From the NCBI GenBank assembly GCA_965263035.1, contig OZ253580.1:1504001-1568000 (forward strand): a stretch of DNA of 64,000 bases, written 5' to 3'. This stretch comes from Acidobacteriota bacterium. Its GTDB lineage: Bacteria; Acidobacteriota; UBA6911; RPQK01; JAJDTT01. Position numbers and translations under genes: made by a program. The notes below the pieces were generated by a model. It made no database searches. It was not told where the DNA came from and saw only the letters and a program-made list of their open reading frames with translations. Positions 11,085 through 21,364 of this stretch are shown here, piece after piece (the first letter of the stretch is position 1; every line of letters starts with the position of its first letter).

Positions 11085-12842
11085 CTACAACTCGTCGTAG
11101 ATGGTATCGGCGAAGGTGTGTCCCGACGGAATCATGGGCAGGACGTGCTCGGTAAAGGGGATCACGACGTCCAGGACGTAGGCGGTCTCGCTGGCCAGCA
11201 TCTCGTCCAGGGCGTCCGACACCTCTTCCCGCCTGGTGATGCGGCGGCCCGGGATTCCGAACCCTTCGGCCAGACGGACGAAGTCGGGATAGATGTTCTT
11301 CGGATCCCTCGGATCGCCGATGAAGGTGTGGCCCCGATTGCTGGCGTAGAAGCGGTCCTCCCACTGGACCACCATACCCAGATGCTGGTTGTTCAGGATC
11401 AGGGCCTTGACGGCGATTTCCTCGGCATAGGCGGTCGCCAGCTCCTGGATGTTCATGACGAAGCTTCCGTCTCCGTCCACGTCGATGACCTGCCAGTCGG
11501 GACGACCCAGCTTCGCGCCCACGGCCGCCGGAAAGCCGAAACCCATGGCCCCCAGACCAGCCGAAGTCAGCAGGGTGCGCGGATAGACGAACTTGAAATA
11601 CTGCGCCGCCCACATCTGATGCTGGCCCACCCCGGTGGTCAGAATGGCCTTCCCGCGAGTCTTCCGGGAAAGCAGGTCCAAGACGTACTGGGGCATGATC
11701 TGATCCCCGTCCTGACGGTAGCGGAAGGGCTTGGACCGCTTCACCTCCATCAAGTTCCAAAGCCAACCGGAGTAGTCCGCCTTACCCAGGTCCATCTGGT
11801 TGAGACGCCGCAAGAGGTCGTGGACGTCCCCGGTCACCGGCACCTGGGCCGGCTTGATCTTGTTGATCTCCGAGGAATCGATGTCCACGTGGACGATGGT
11901 GCCGTGCTTGGCGAATTCCTCGGCCTTTCCGGTGACGCGGTCATCGAAGCGAACTCCGAAGGCCAAAAGCAGATCGGCGTTGTTGACCGCGTAGTTGGCG
12001 TAGACGGCGCCATGCATGCCCAGCATGTCGAAGCAGAGAGGATGGCCAGCCGGGAAACTGCCCAGACCCAGGACCGTCATGACCGCGGGGATTCCCGTCT
12101 TCTCGACGAAGCGCCGCAGTTCCGCGGAGGCATTGGAACAGATGATCCCGTTGCCGGCATAGATGATGGGCCTCCTGGACCGGCGAATAGCTCGCGCGAT
12201 CTGGCCCAATTCCCGGTCCCTGGCCTTGATCTCCGGACGATAGCTTCGAAGGTCCACAAGAGACGGCCACTTGGGCTTGGCGCGAGACTGCTGGACGTCC
12301 TTCGGGATGTCGATCAGCACCGGACCGGGCCGTCCGCTGGAGGCCACGTAGAACGCTTCCTTGACGATGCGCGGCAAGTCGGAGACGTGCTGGACCAGAT
12401 AGTTGTGCTTGGTGATGGGGCGGGTGATCCCGACGATGTCCGTCTCCTGGAAGGCGTCCTTCCCGATCATGGTCTGGGGCACCTGTCCGGTGACGGCCAC
12501 GATGGGGACCGAGTCCATCTTGGCGTCGGCGATTCCCGTCACCAGATTGGTGGCTCCGGGACCGGACGTTGCCAGGGCCACACCCACCCTTCCCGTGGCC
12601 TTGGCATACCCTTCCGCCATGAAAATGCCGCCCTGCTCATGCCGGGGAAGGATGACCCGGATCTTGTCCTGGACTCCGAAGCGCGTCAGAGCCTGATGAA
12701 TTTCCATCGAGGCTCCGCCCGGATATCCGAAGATCACCTCTACGTTCTCCCGCACCAGAGCTTCGGCCAGGATATCGGACCCCTGGAGTTCTTGAACTCG
12801 GGAGGGGACGCTACGGGAGACACTTGAGGAAGCCATGACCAT
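11085..12842 (-). CDS. ilvB: Acetolactate synthase, biosynthetic large subunit
   Basis: FGYPGGA, RHEQGG, TSGPGATN, FDDRVTGK, GVGQHQMW, GDGSF...LNNQHLGMV. Confidence 0.96.
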   Translation of the reverse strand: MVMASSSVSRSVPSRVQELQGSDILAEALVRENVEVIFGYPGGASMEIHQALTRFGVQDKIRVILPRHEQGGIFMAEGYAKATGRVGVALATSGPGATNLVTGIADAKMDSVPIVAVTGQVPQTMIGKDAFQETDIVGITRPITKHNYLVQHVSDLPRIVKEAFYVASSGRPGPVLIDIPKDVQQSRAKPKWPSLVDLRSYRPEIKARDRELGQIARAIRRSRRPIIYAGNGIICSNASAELRRFVEKTGIPAVMTVLGLGSFPAGHPLCFDMLGMHGAVYANYAVNNADLLLAFGVRFDDRVTGKAEEFAKHGTIVHVDIDSSEINKIKPAQVPVTGDVHDLLRRLNQMDLGKADYSGWLWNLMEVKRSKPFRYRQDGDQIMPQYVLDLLSRKTRGKAILTTGVGQHQMWAAQYFKFVYPRTLLTSAGLGAMGFGFPAAVGAKLGRPDWQVIDVDGDGSFVMNIQELATAYAEEIAVKALILNNQHLGMVVQWEDRFYASNRGHTFIGDPRDPKNIYPDFVRLAEGFGIPGRRITRREEVSDALDEMLASETAYVLDVVIPFTEHVLPMIPSGHTFADTIYDEL

Positions 12843-12972
12843 GTAACCTGTCAGCTGTTCCGATTTCAGGAAATTCCCATCGTCACCGGACGAATCCCGA
12901 ATTCTATCGCCAATTTCAGCGGGGGCGCAACTTGGCGGGAATCCGGGATCGGCAATCGGGGACTGCGCTTAG

Positions 12973-13132
12973 CAGTCCGTAGCGAAAGTCCCGCGAGCAC
13001 CGAGACCGTTCCTGCGCCCGCCGGACCAGGCGCAACGGAGGGAGCATACCGGGAGTATGTGAGCCGATAGCAACGCAGTCCGCGCACGATGCAGGGACGG
13101 TTGAATGCCGTGACGACTTTTGCTACGGGCTG
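12973..13132 (-). mobile_element. MITE-like palindromic repeat, copy 2
   Basis: Reverse complement of copy 1; flanks TTAG / CTAA. Confidence 0.85.
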
Positions 13133-13214
13133 CTAACGGCTCGGAGTTTGGAATTCAGGTGAGACCCGCCGGCTTGCGAAGCTTCGGAACCGGGTGATAG
13201 AACTGGACTTCGAC

Positions 13215-13973
13215 ATGCGCCTCAAGGACAAGGTCGCCATCATCACCGGGGCCGCAGCCGGAATCGGAGAGGCCTCCTCCCGTCTTTTTGCCGCCGAGGG
13301 AGCCACGGTCGTGGCGCTGGACCGCGACTCGGCAGGACTGGACCGGGTGGTGGGCGAGATTCGGGATCAGGGATTCGCCTGCCACGGCCTTGGTGTCGAC
13401 GTGACCTCCTCATCCCGGTGCCGGGAAGCCTTGGAGTGGACGGCTCGGGAGTTGGGGCGGATCGACATCCTGTTCAACAACGCGGGCGTCGTGCACCAAG
13501 GGACGCTGCTGGAGGCTTCGGAGGAGGACTGGGACCGGGCCCTGGACATCAATCTCAAGAGCATGTTCCGGACCTGCCGCCATGCGCTCCCCGTGATGCT
13601 GCGGCAAGGCTCGGGGAACATCATCAACACCGCCTCCGCAGCCGGCTTTTCCGGAGTCGCGAAACGGGGCGTCTACTCGGTCTCCAAAGCGGCGGTGGTG
13701 GGCCTGACCAAGAGCTTGGCCATCGATTTCGTCGGCGACGGAATACGCGCCAACTGCATCTGTCCGGCTACTGTGGACACCCCCTCTCTCCAGTCCCGGA
13801 TCAACACGGCGGCGGACCCTGAACAGGCCAGGCGGGATTTCATCGCCCGACAGCCCATGGGCCGCCTCTGTCAGGCCGAGGAGATTGCGGCCCTGGCACT
13901 CTATCTGGCCTCCGACGAGTCGGTCTTCATGACCGGCCAAGCGATAGTCATCGACGGAGCCATGACCCTCTAG
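13215..13973 (+). CDS. Short-chain dehydrogenase/reductase (BDH2/sugar-acid dehydrogenase-like)
   Basis: TGAAAGIG, NNAG, YSVSK catalytic motif, ARQPMGR. Confidence 0.9.
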   Translation: MRLKDKVAIITGAAAGIGEASSRLFAAEGATVVALDRDSAGLDRVVGEIRDQGFACHGLGVDVTSSSRCREALEWTARELGRIDILFNNAGVVHQGTLLEASEEDWDRALDINLKSMFRTCRHALPVMLRQGSGNIINTASAAGFSGVAKRGVYSVSKAAVVGLTKSLAIDFVGDGIRANCICPATVDTPSLQSRINTAADPEQARRDFIARQPMGRLCQAEEIAALALYLASDESVFMTGQAIVIDGAMTL

Positions 13974-13997
13974 GATCATAGACAAGGAGAGTTCGGC

Positions 13998-16274
13998 ATG
14001 GGCAGAAAAGTTCTGCTGGCTGCAATCTTGGCCGCGGTGCTGGCGGGGATCTTCCTCTGGTCGCCGCTGTCGGATCCGCCGCCCGTCGGAATCGAGCAGC
14101 GGGAACCCTGGACCACTTCGCGGGTCCACGGCACGCCGGATCCGCCCGATCCCTTCACCACGGAGGTCGTGTTCCCGGAGATCCGCTTCGAACAACCTCT
14201 GGAGGTGACGACGGTTCCCGGCACCAACCTCATTGCCGTGGCCGAGCGCTACGGCAAGATCTACGTCTTCGAAAATCGTCCCGGAGCCACCGAGAAGCAT
14301 CTGCTCATGGACGTCGGGAAGACGATCTACGGGCTGGAGTTCCATCCCGAATTCCAGGAGAACCGGTATTTCTTCGTGAGCCAGGTGGACGATCCCGTCA
14401 AGGAATTGCCGGAGGGCAGCCAACTCTCCCGTTACCGTGCGAACCCGGGGCAACCCCTCACCGCTGATCGGGACTCGGAGACGGTCCTCCTCATCTGGCC
14501 TTCAGGCGGCCACAACGGAGGCTGCATCCGGTTCGGTCCGGACGGAAACCTATACCTGGGCACGGGTGATGCGAGCGGCATCGCCGACAGTCTGGTGACC
14601 GGCCAGAATCCCGACGACCTCATGGGATCCATCCTCCGAATCGACGTGGACCGTCCCGATGCCGGGAAAAACTACGGCATCCCGCCGGACAATCCCTACG
14701 TGGGGAGAGAGGAGTTTCGACCGGAGGTCTGGGCCTATGGACTCCGTCAGCCCTGGAAGTTCAGCTTCGATCCGGCCCGCCGTCTCTGGGTCGGTGAGAT
14801 CGGACAGGACCTCTGGGAGATGATCCACATCATCGAGAAGGGAGGAAATTACGGCTGGAGCGTCATGGAGGCGACCCACCCCTTCCGGCCCGATCGCCCC
14901 CTGGGTCCCACGCCCATCCTGGCGCCTCTGGTGGAGCACTCCCACACCGATTTCCGGTCCATCACCGGTGGCTACGTCTACCAGGGAAGCCGCATCGACG
15001 CGCTGGCCGAATCTTATATCTACGGAGATCACGACACCGGCAAGATCTGGTCCCTGGACTACGACGGCACCCGCGTCGAGAATCACCGCCAGTTGGCCGA
15101 CACCCTGCTGCGAATCGTCGCCATCGGTCAGGACCAGCAGAACGAACTGATGTTCCTGGACTTCATCGGCGGCCAGCTCCATCGTCTGATGCCGCGGCCC
15201 GAATCCCCCAGGCAGGTGGCCGATTTTCCCCTGCGGCTGAGCGAGACCGGCTTGTTCACCTCCACGGAGGAAATGACGCCGGCTCCGGGTCTGATCCCCT
15301 ATTCCGTGAACGCGGCGCTGTGGTCGGACCATGCCGCCAAGGAGCGCTACATCGCGCTGCCGGGCCTGTCGCAGATCGAGTACGACACGGTCATCTACCC
15401 GCAACCTGCACCGGGAGTCCCCCCAGGTTGGAAATTTCCCGACGGGACCGTCCTGGTCAAGACCTTCTCCCTGGAAACGGAGAGGGGCAACCCCGAAAGC
15501 CTCAGGCGATTGGAGACGAGGCTCTTGCACCACGAGCGGATTCCCGGAACCGACGAAGTGGGAGCGCAGGTCTGGAAGGGCTACGTCTATGTCTGGAACG
15601 AGGAGCAGACTGACGCCCATCTGTTGGAAAGCGAGGGCCTGGACCGGCCGTTCTCCATTCGGGAGGCGGACGGCGGGACCAGCGAGCAGACGTGGCGGTT
15701 CCCCAGCCGCGCCGAGTGCACGCTCTGCCACACCACGGCCGCCAAGTACGTCCTGGGCGTCAACACCCTGCAGATGAACAAGGACCATGACTACGGCGGA
15801 GTGGTGGCCAACCAGCTTCGGACCTTGGACCATCTGGGGGTCTTCACCAAGCCTCTACCGGTACCGCCGGAGAAGCTGGGCCGGCTGGCCGACTATCAGA
15901 ATCCCGATCTGGAGACCGAACGGCGGGCGCGCTCCTACCTTCACGCCAACTGCTCCCACTGTCACGTGAAGTGGGGAGGCGGCAACGCCGATTTCCAGTT
16001 GATCGGCTCCATGCCGCTGGAACAGACCGGCATCGTCGACACCCTGGCCGCCCATGGCAAGTTCGAACTGGACCAGCCCCGGCTGGTGGTGCCGGGGCAC
16101 CCGGACCGCTCCGTCATCCCCCATCGCATGGCCATGCTGGGCCTGGGCCGCATGCCCCATATCGCCTCCAACGTGGTGGATGAAGAGGGAGTCCGGCTGG
16201 TCCGGGAATGGATCCGGAGCCTGCCGGTGCAACAGAGCCGGAACCGGTCCCGGGACGGGAACGGGCCAAGTTAG
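13998..16274 (+). CDS. PQQ/glucose-sorbosone dehydrogenase-like beta-propeller fused to a diheme cytochrome c domain
   Basis: N-terminal signal/TM, HNGG..FGPDG.LY, AYGLRQPWK, NYGW; heme motifs CTLCH and CSHCH. Confidence 0.85.
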   Translation: MGRKVLLAAILAAVLAGIFLWSPLSDPPPVGIEQREPWTTSRVHGTPDPPDPFTTEVVFPEIRFEQPLEVTTVPGTNLIAVAERYGKIYVFENRPGATEKHLLMDVGKTIYGLEFHPEFQENRYFFVSQVDDPVKELPEGSQLSRYRANPGQPLTADRDSETVLLIWPSGGHNGGCIRFGPDGNLYLGTGDASGIADSLVTGQNPDDLMGSILRIDVDRPDAGKNYGIPPDNPYVGREEFRPEVWAYGLRQPWKFSFDPARRLWVGEIGQDLWEMIHIIEKGGNYGWSVMEATHPFRPDRPLGPTPILAPLVEHSHTDFRSITGGYVYQGSRIDALAESYIYGDHDTGKIWSLDYDGTRVENHRQLADTLLRIVAIGQDQQNELMFLDFIGGQLHRLMPRPESPRQVADFPLRLSETGLFTSTEEMTPAPGLIPYSVNAALWSDHAAKERYIALPGLSQIEYDTVIYPQPAPGVPPGWKFPDGTVLVKTFSLETERGNPESLRRLETRLLHHERIPGTDEVGAQVWKGYVYVWNEEQTDAHLLESEGLDRPFSIREADGGTSEQTWRFPSRAECTLCHTTAAKYVLGVNTLQMNKDHDYGGVVANQLRTLDHLGVFTKPLPVPPEKLGRLADYQNPDLETERRARSYLHANCSHCHVKWGGGNADFQLIGSMPLEQTGIVDTLAAHGKFELDQPRLVVPGHPDRSVIPHRMAMLGLGRMPHIASNVVDEEGVRLVREWIRSLPVQQSRNRSRDGNGPS

Positions 16275-16963
16275 CCCCCCGGGTTTCTCAGGTACGAGAG
16301 CAGATCCAGCATCAGTCCGTTGACGGCTCGGTAGTTCTCAGCCGGCGCCTCCAGGAGTTCGCTTTCCGACTGCACGTACCTGGAGGGGGTCAGTTCAGCC
16401 CGGCAGTTGACGACCAGCTTTTCCGCCGCCTCCGGCGTGGTCTCCAAATGGAACTGCATGCCGATGGCGTTTCTACCGATCTGGAAGGCCTGATTCTCAC
16501 AGCCGTCGCTACGTGCCAGGTGCACCGCTCCGGGAGGCAGATCGAAGGTCTCGCCGTGCCAGTGAAACGCCTGGATGGTCTCGGGAAACCGGAAGCGGTC
16601 CGCGCCTCCGCCGATCCCGCGCAGGGGAAACCAGCCGATCTCCTTCAGCTCGTTGGGGTAGACCCGGGCGCCCAGGGCGCTGGCGATGAGCTGTGCGCCG
16701 AGGCAGATGCCCAAGACCGGCTTTCCCGCCTCCAGGGCTCGGCGGATGAACCGCTTCTCCGCAACCAGCCAGGGAAGCTCCTTCTCGTCGTTGACGCTCA
16801 TGGGCCCGCCCATGGCGATGAGGAAGTCGACGTCCTTCAACTGCGGCAGTTCCGCCGATTCGAAGAATCTCGTACAGGTCACGTCGTACCCGGCGGCGAC
16901 CAGCCAGGGCCGGATGCAACCGAGGCCTTCGAAGGGGACGTGCTGAAAGTAGTGGGCGCGCAT
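16271..16963 (-). CDS. Type 1 glutamine amidotransferase domain protein
   Basis: QHVPFEG, GGPMS, LGICLGAQL, QFHLE. Confidence 0.9.
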   Translation of the reverse strand: MRAHYFQHVPFEGLGCIRPWLVAAGYDVTCTRFFESAELPQLKDVDFLIAMGGPMSVNDEKELPWLVAEKRFIRRALEAGKPVLGICLGAQLIASALGARVYPNELKEIGWFPLRGIGGGADRFRFPETIQAFHWHGETFDLPPGAVHLARSDGCENQAFQIGRNAIGMQFHLETTPEAAEKLVVNCRAELTPSRYVQSESELLEAPAENYRAVNGLMLDLLSYLRNPGG

Positions 16964-17016
16964 GGGATCGACGAATCAGTTTGTATCCGCAACCGTGAGA
17001 GCAGGCAAGTTGAGGA

Positions 17017-18462
17017 TCATGGCGCAACGGCTCCCGCTGACGCGGGGCAATTCCACCGACTGTCTTCCCGCACCGGCGCCGGCCCGGAAGCCGGCAGCTC
17101 AACAGCGTGCTTCGATCTGGCCTTTCCCTGCAAGCCAGGCCTGGAAAAATACCGCAACGCCTGCCATCGGCCGGCCTGCGGTCTGGGCCGGCCGTCCCGA
17201 AACGCGCCGGCTGACCCCTGGCGGACGACCAGCACCAGCACCACCCAAAGTCCCGCCAGGACGATGACCGCCACGCTGATCCAATTGACTGAGAAGTGCA
17301 GGAAAGAGGTGAGAACCAGCAGCAGTCCCCCGGCCAAGCCACGCGACCATCGATCCACTAAGAGGTCGATGAACACCTTGGCCCGTTTCTTGACTTCCAG
17401 AGGCAGCGGCAGGAAAAGCAGTTCCCTGCCCGTCTTGTCGATGGAGGAGCGGAGGCTGCCGTCGATGCCCCGCAAGAGGACGGCGCCCCAGAGGGAGGGG
17501 ACCGCCAACATGCCGAACGACGTGAGCAACAGTCCCAGCGGGAGCAACAGGATGGCTCCAGACACGCCCCAGAACCGAATCAGCCGGTAGGTCAGAAACG
17601 TCTGCAGAAGCAGCGAGACCATGCTGAGGCGCCCGTAGAACTTTCCCAGAAACGCCGCCAACGCCTGCTGATCCGGGTAAGCCTCGACAGCGACGGTCTT
17701 GAACTGAAAGTCCACCAATGTGGCCACCAGCATGGTCAGGGAGAGGAGACCCCCGATGCCGGCGAGATGCCGGTGGTCCCGGATCATCGAGCGCACTTCA
17801 TGCAGAGAGTTCCGCACCGGATCCGGGAGAGGCGCCGCCGTCGCGGCAGCCCGGGAATCCCTACGACCGAGACCTCCAACCCGGCTCAGGAGGACGGCCG
17901 ACAGAGCCAGGAAACCCGCGCAGAACAGCAGGAGATCCCGGGTCGAGACCTCCAGAACCCCCACCAGGAAGCTGGCCGTCTCGCCCCCGATTATGGCGCC
18001 CAGGATGCCGCCGAGATTCACCACGCCGAAGATGCGCTTGGCCTGGGTGGAGTCCAGGACCGAGTTGGCGAAGAGCCAGAACAGCGATGTGGTCAGGATT
18101 CCGTAGATGCCGACCCAGACGTAGAAGGCGTAGTAGATCCACCAGATCTCCAACGCCAGGAGCCAACGCAAGATCAGAAGGCAGCCGATCATTACGGCGC
18201 TGGTCACCTTGATCAGCCGGCTCAAGTCCAGAATCCGGGCCAGTCTTCCGTACAAGAGGGTGACGGGTAGAGCCACCAGAGCGATCAGGATGAAAACTAC
18301 GGGAAGGTTGTTGGGACCGGGTCCGGCCAGAAACAGGCTGTCTCTCGCCGGCTTCAGGAAGAAATAGGTCAGGAGGATGAGGCCGTAGCCGGAGAAGAGG
18401 ATTGCGGCGAGCCCGACTTCCTCCTTGCGTACGCCAAAGAGGAAATCGACCAGACGTGTCAT
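17017..18462 (-). CDS. NTT/TLC (ATP:ADP antiporter family) MFS transporter, possibly C-terminally truncated
   Basis: LKPARDSLFL, FWLFAN....QAKRIFG, IDKTGRELLFLPL...KRAKVFID; about 12 TMs. Confidence 0.8.
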   Translation of the reverse strand: MTRLVDFLFGVRKEEVGLAAILFSGYGLILLTYFFLKPARDSLFLAGPGPNNLPVVFILIALVALPVTLLYGRLARILDLSRLIKVTSAVMIGCLLILRWLLALEIWWIYYAFYVWVGIYGILTTSLFWLFANSVLDSTQAKRIFGVVNLGGILGAIIGGETASFLVGVLEVSTRDLLLFCAGFLALSAVLLSRVGGLGRRDSRAAATAAPLPDPVRNSLHEVRSMIRDHRHLAGIGGLLSLTMLVATLVDFQFKTVAVEAYPDQQALAAFLGKFYGRLSMVSLLLQTFLTYRLIRFWGVSGAILLLPLGLLLTSFGMLAVPSLWGAVLLRGIDGSLRSSIDKTGRELLFLPLPLEVKKRAKVFIDLLVDRWSRGLAGGLLLVLTSFLHFSVNWISVAVIVLAGLWVVLVLVVRQGSAGAFRDGRPRPQAGRWQALRYFSRPGLQGKARSKHAVELPASGPAPVREDSRWNCPASAGAVAP

Positions 18463-18494
18463 GAATGAAAGTCCCGCCCGCCTTCAGGACTGGG

Positions 18495-19865
18495 TTACCG
18501 GGCCGCTGTTTCCTCGGCCGCGACCCCCGAGACCGGCCAACCCTCCCGAATCAGAGCCCGGAGCGCCTTTTCGTAGGCTTCCACCGTGAAATCCACGTCC
18601 TCTTCGGTATGAGCCCCGGTCAGGCGCCAGCTCACGCCTCCCTGGATGTCCACACCTTCATTCAGGAGAGCTTTCCGAAGAACGCCGCCGCGCGTGGGAT
18701 CGTTGACCGCTTTGAGACGGGCGTCGGGAACGGTGCAACCGTTCGCTTCATCCCACTCCCCCTCGACCCCCAGGGCGACGAACAGGCCCGACGAAAGACC
18801 GTAAGCGAATCCCGGGATTCCGATCCGGGCCAGAACTCCATTGAGACCCGATTTGAGCCTTTCGGTCATCGCCTCCGCTCGCTCGTTGACCGGCTCCCGA
18901 TCCAGGATTTCCAGACAGGTGGCCCCGGCTACCGCCGACAGAGGATTGGCGTTGAAGGTGCCGGGATGGGCGACTCGCCGACGGGCGTCCCATTCGGGGT
19001 CGCCCCGGTGCTGGATCATGTCCAGGATCTCCGCCTTTCCCACGACGGCGGCGCCGGGAAGGCCGCCGGCCAGGATCTTGGCGTGAGTGCTCAGATCGGG
19101 AGTGATCCCGTAGCGTTCCTGGACTCCCCCCAGGGCGGCCCGAAACCCGGTGACCACTTCGTCGAAGATCAGCAGCACCCCGGCTCTCCGGGTGACCTCC
19201 CTCAACTGCCGAAGGAATCCCGGCGTGATCGGGAGAAGACCTCCCAAGGCCCCCGTGGGTTCCAGGATCACGGCGGCGATGTCCCGGTCTCGGGCCAGCA
19301 CCCGCTCCACCTCGCCGATCTCGGGAGCGACCTGAACCACGGTTCCAGCGGTCCCCTGAGGGACGCCGGCCGCCTCACCCTCGGGACTCAGGACGACGTA
19401 GTCGCTCCAACCGTGGAAATGGTGGTGGAACTTGAGGATCTTGTCCCGTCCGGTGTAGGCCCGGACCAAGCGGAAGGCCATCAGGTCCGCCTCGGTCCCC
19501 GACGAGTGGAAACGGACCTTCTCGGAACAAGGCACCAATTTGTTCACGAGCTCGGCCCAGCGGATCTCAAGTTCGGTGGCTCCGCCCAGATGGGTGCCCC
19601 GCCCCATCTGCTCGCTGACCGCCTCCACGATGGCGGGATGAGAGTGGCCCAGCAGAATCGCTCCATGGCCCACCACGTAGTCGACGTACCGGTGCCCGTC
19701 CACGTCCCACTTGTAGGCCCCTTCTGAGCGGGTCATGTAGAGGGGAAAGGGAGTGATCCAGCGCGAATCGTGCGTGGCTCCGTCGGGAAAGGCGCGGCGT
19801 CCTCCGCCGGCCAGGCGGAGGGATCCGGGATGGTCGTCATGGTATCGCTGGTCCACGGAATTCAT
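18495..19865 (-). CDS. Class III aminotransferase (glutamate-1-semialdehyde aminomutase-like)
   Basis: WDVDGHRYVDY, SSGTEA, FHGW, LIFDEVVTGFR, HAKILAGGLP, GTFNANP. Confidence 0.88.
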   Translation of the reverse strand: MNSVDQRYHDDHPGSLRLAGGGRRAFPDGATHDSRWITPFPLYMTRSEGAYKWDVDGHRYVDYVVGHGAILLGHSHPAIVEAVSEQMGRGTHLGGATELEIRWAELVNKLVPCSEKVRFHSSGTEADLMAFRLVRAYTGRDKILKFHHHFHGWSDYVVLSPEGEAAGVPQGTAGTVVQVAPEIGEVERVLARDRDIAAVILEPTGALGGLLPITPGFLRQLREVTRRAGVLLIFDEVVTGFRAALGGVQERYGITPDLSTHAKILAGGLPGAAVVGKAEILDMIQHRGDPEWDARRRVAHPGTFNANPLSAVAGATCLEILDREPVNERAEAMTERLKSGLNGVLARIGIPGFAYGLSSGLFVALGVEGEWDEANGCTVPDARLKAVNDPTRGGVLRKALLNEGVDIQGGVSWRLTGAHTEEDVDFTVEAYEKALRALIREGWPVSGVAAEETAAR

Positions 19866-19982
19866 AAACGTGCTCCTGATTCTACTGATGCAACTTCTCG
19901 ATTCCAGTCTACTGACAGGTCGCGGCAAAAGTCACCATCGGCGCCAGACTGTCTCTTCGGGCGGGTGTGTGAATGGCGCCGA

Positions 19983-21164
19983 TCACGAAATTCCTTCCAG
20001 ACCCTGATCGAAATCCCCCACCAGATCTCCAGGGTCCTCGATGCCCACCGAGACCCGTACCAGCGAGTCGGAGATTCCCATCCGAATCCGTTCCTTGGCC
20101 GGTACGCCGGCATGGGAAGTGGTGGCCGGACGGGTGATCAGGGTCTCCACACCTCCCAGGCTGGGAGCCGATCTGGGAATTCGAAGACGGTTCAGCAACG
20201 CTTCCGCCGCGTCCACACCCCCCCGCACCTCGAAGCTCAGCATCCCGCCATAGCCGGAGAACAGCTTCCGGGCCCGGCCGTGTTGAGGATGGGTCTCCAG
20301 GCCGGGAAAGTTGACCCCTTCGACGGCCGGGTGCCCTGCCAGGAAACGGGCCAACGCCAGGGCGTTCTCGTTCTGTTGGCGCACCCGCAGCACCAGAGTC
20401 TTGATCCCCCGCTGCAGCAGGAAACAGGCATGAGGGTCCAGGACGCCTCCCAGCAGATTCAACCTGCGGGTCACCCGACTCACCAACTCTTGATCCCCGA
20501 TGACGGCGCCCGCCGCCAGGTCCGAATGACCGTTGAGGTATTTGGTGCCGCTGTGGACGACGAGGTCGAAGCCCGAGTCCAGAGGCCGATAGTTGACGGG
20601 CGTGGCGAAAGTACTGTCGACGATGGAGACCAGACCGTGCTTCCGGGCGAATCGAACGATCTGCTCCAGATCCGGGACCTGCATCAGGGGATTGGTGATG
20701 GTCTCCACGTAGATGGCGCGGGTGGACGGTTTCAGGAGCGCGGACCAGGTCTCGGGACGGTTGCCGTCCATGAGGTCGTGAGCGATCCCGAATTCCGCCA
20801 AGTCACGAGTGACGAAGGTGTGAGTCCCACCGTAGAGCCCCTCCAGTGCCAGCAAGTGGTCTCCGTGCGAGAGCAACGCCAACAGCGTCGTGGTGATGGC
20901 GGCCATGCCGCTGGAGGCCACGACCGCCGCCTCGCCGGCTTCCAGGGAAGCCAGCTTGGCATGGAGGGATTGGTGATTGGGGGTGTTATTGAGGCGGACG
21001 TAGCGAACCGCGTCGTAGCTCTTCTCGCCCGCGGTCTCGAAGGTGGCCGACTGGAAGATGGGTATGGCTACCGCTCCCTCGATTCGAGGTTCGGGCTCAC
21101 CGGCGTGGACGGCGCGCGTGGCCAGCCGGCGGGTTTGCTCTGAAAGGTCATTGTGATCCGACAT
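19983..21164 (-). CDS. Cys/Met metabolism PLP enzyme (cystathionine gamma-synthase/lyase family)
   Basis: PIFQSATF, SSGMAAI, ETITNP, DSTFATP, SGTKYLNGHSD, SLGGVETL, RVSVGIE; SD GGAGG. Confidence 0.92.
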   Translation of the reverse strand: MSDHNDLSEQTRRLATRAVHAGEPEPRIEGAVAIPIFQSATFETAGEKSYDAVRYVRLNNTPNHQSLHAKLASLEAGEAAVVASSGMAAITTTLLALLSHGDHLLALEGLYGGTHTFVTRDLAEFGIAHDLMDGNRPETWSALLKPSTRAIYVETITNPLMQVPDLEQIVRFARKHGLVSIVDSTFATPVNYRPLDSGFDLVVHSGTKYLNGHSDLAAGAVIGDQELVSRVTRRLNLLGGVLDPHACFLLQRGIKTLVLRVRQQNENALALARFLAGHPAVEGVNFPGLETHPQHGRARKLFSGYGGMLSFEVRGGVDAAEALLNRLRIPRSAPSLGGVETLITRPATTSHAGVPAKERIRMGISDSLVRVSVGIEDPGDLVGDFDQGLEGIS

Positions 21165-21253
21165 TCGACCTCCTGTACGCGTCTCCCCTCCTGAACGGAG
21201 ACGGGGTCCGGCGACCTCGATCTTGAAGCCGCCTGCACCCGCGGATACTCTAA

Positions 21254-21306
21254 CAGCCCGTGTCAAAAGTCATCACGGCAATCGACCGGCCCCGCATCCC
21301 GATGGA
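21254..21306 (+). mobile_element. Truncated left end of the MITE-like repeat
   Basis: CTAA|CAGCCCGTGTCAAAAGTCATCACGGCAATCGACC... matches the first ~50 bp of the full copies. Confidence 0.7.
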
Positions 21307-21364
21307 CGGCAAGGGAGGGCGGCCACAAGGGCCGCCCTGACAACCCCGGGAGTCCAGGATACCC

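Noticed and set aside
11118-12827. 569-aa plus-strand ORF
   Set aside because: Antisense shadow of ilvB.
12866-13087. Short ORFs reading through the MITE copies (e.g. MRGLRCYRLTYSRY)
   Set aside because: Frame and length are not conserved between copies.
18495-19865. Calling this gene hemL
   Set aside because: It is a divergent GSA-like paralog with no heme-pathway context.
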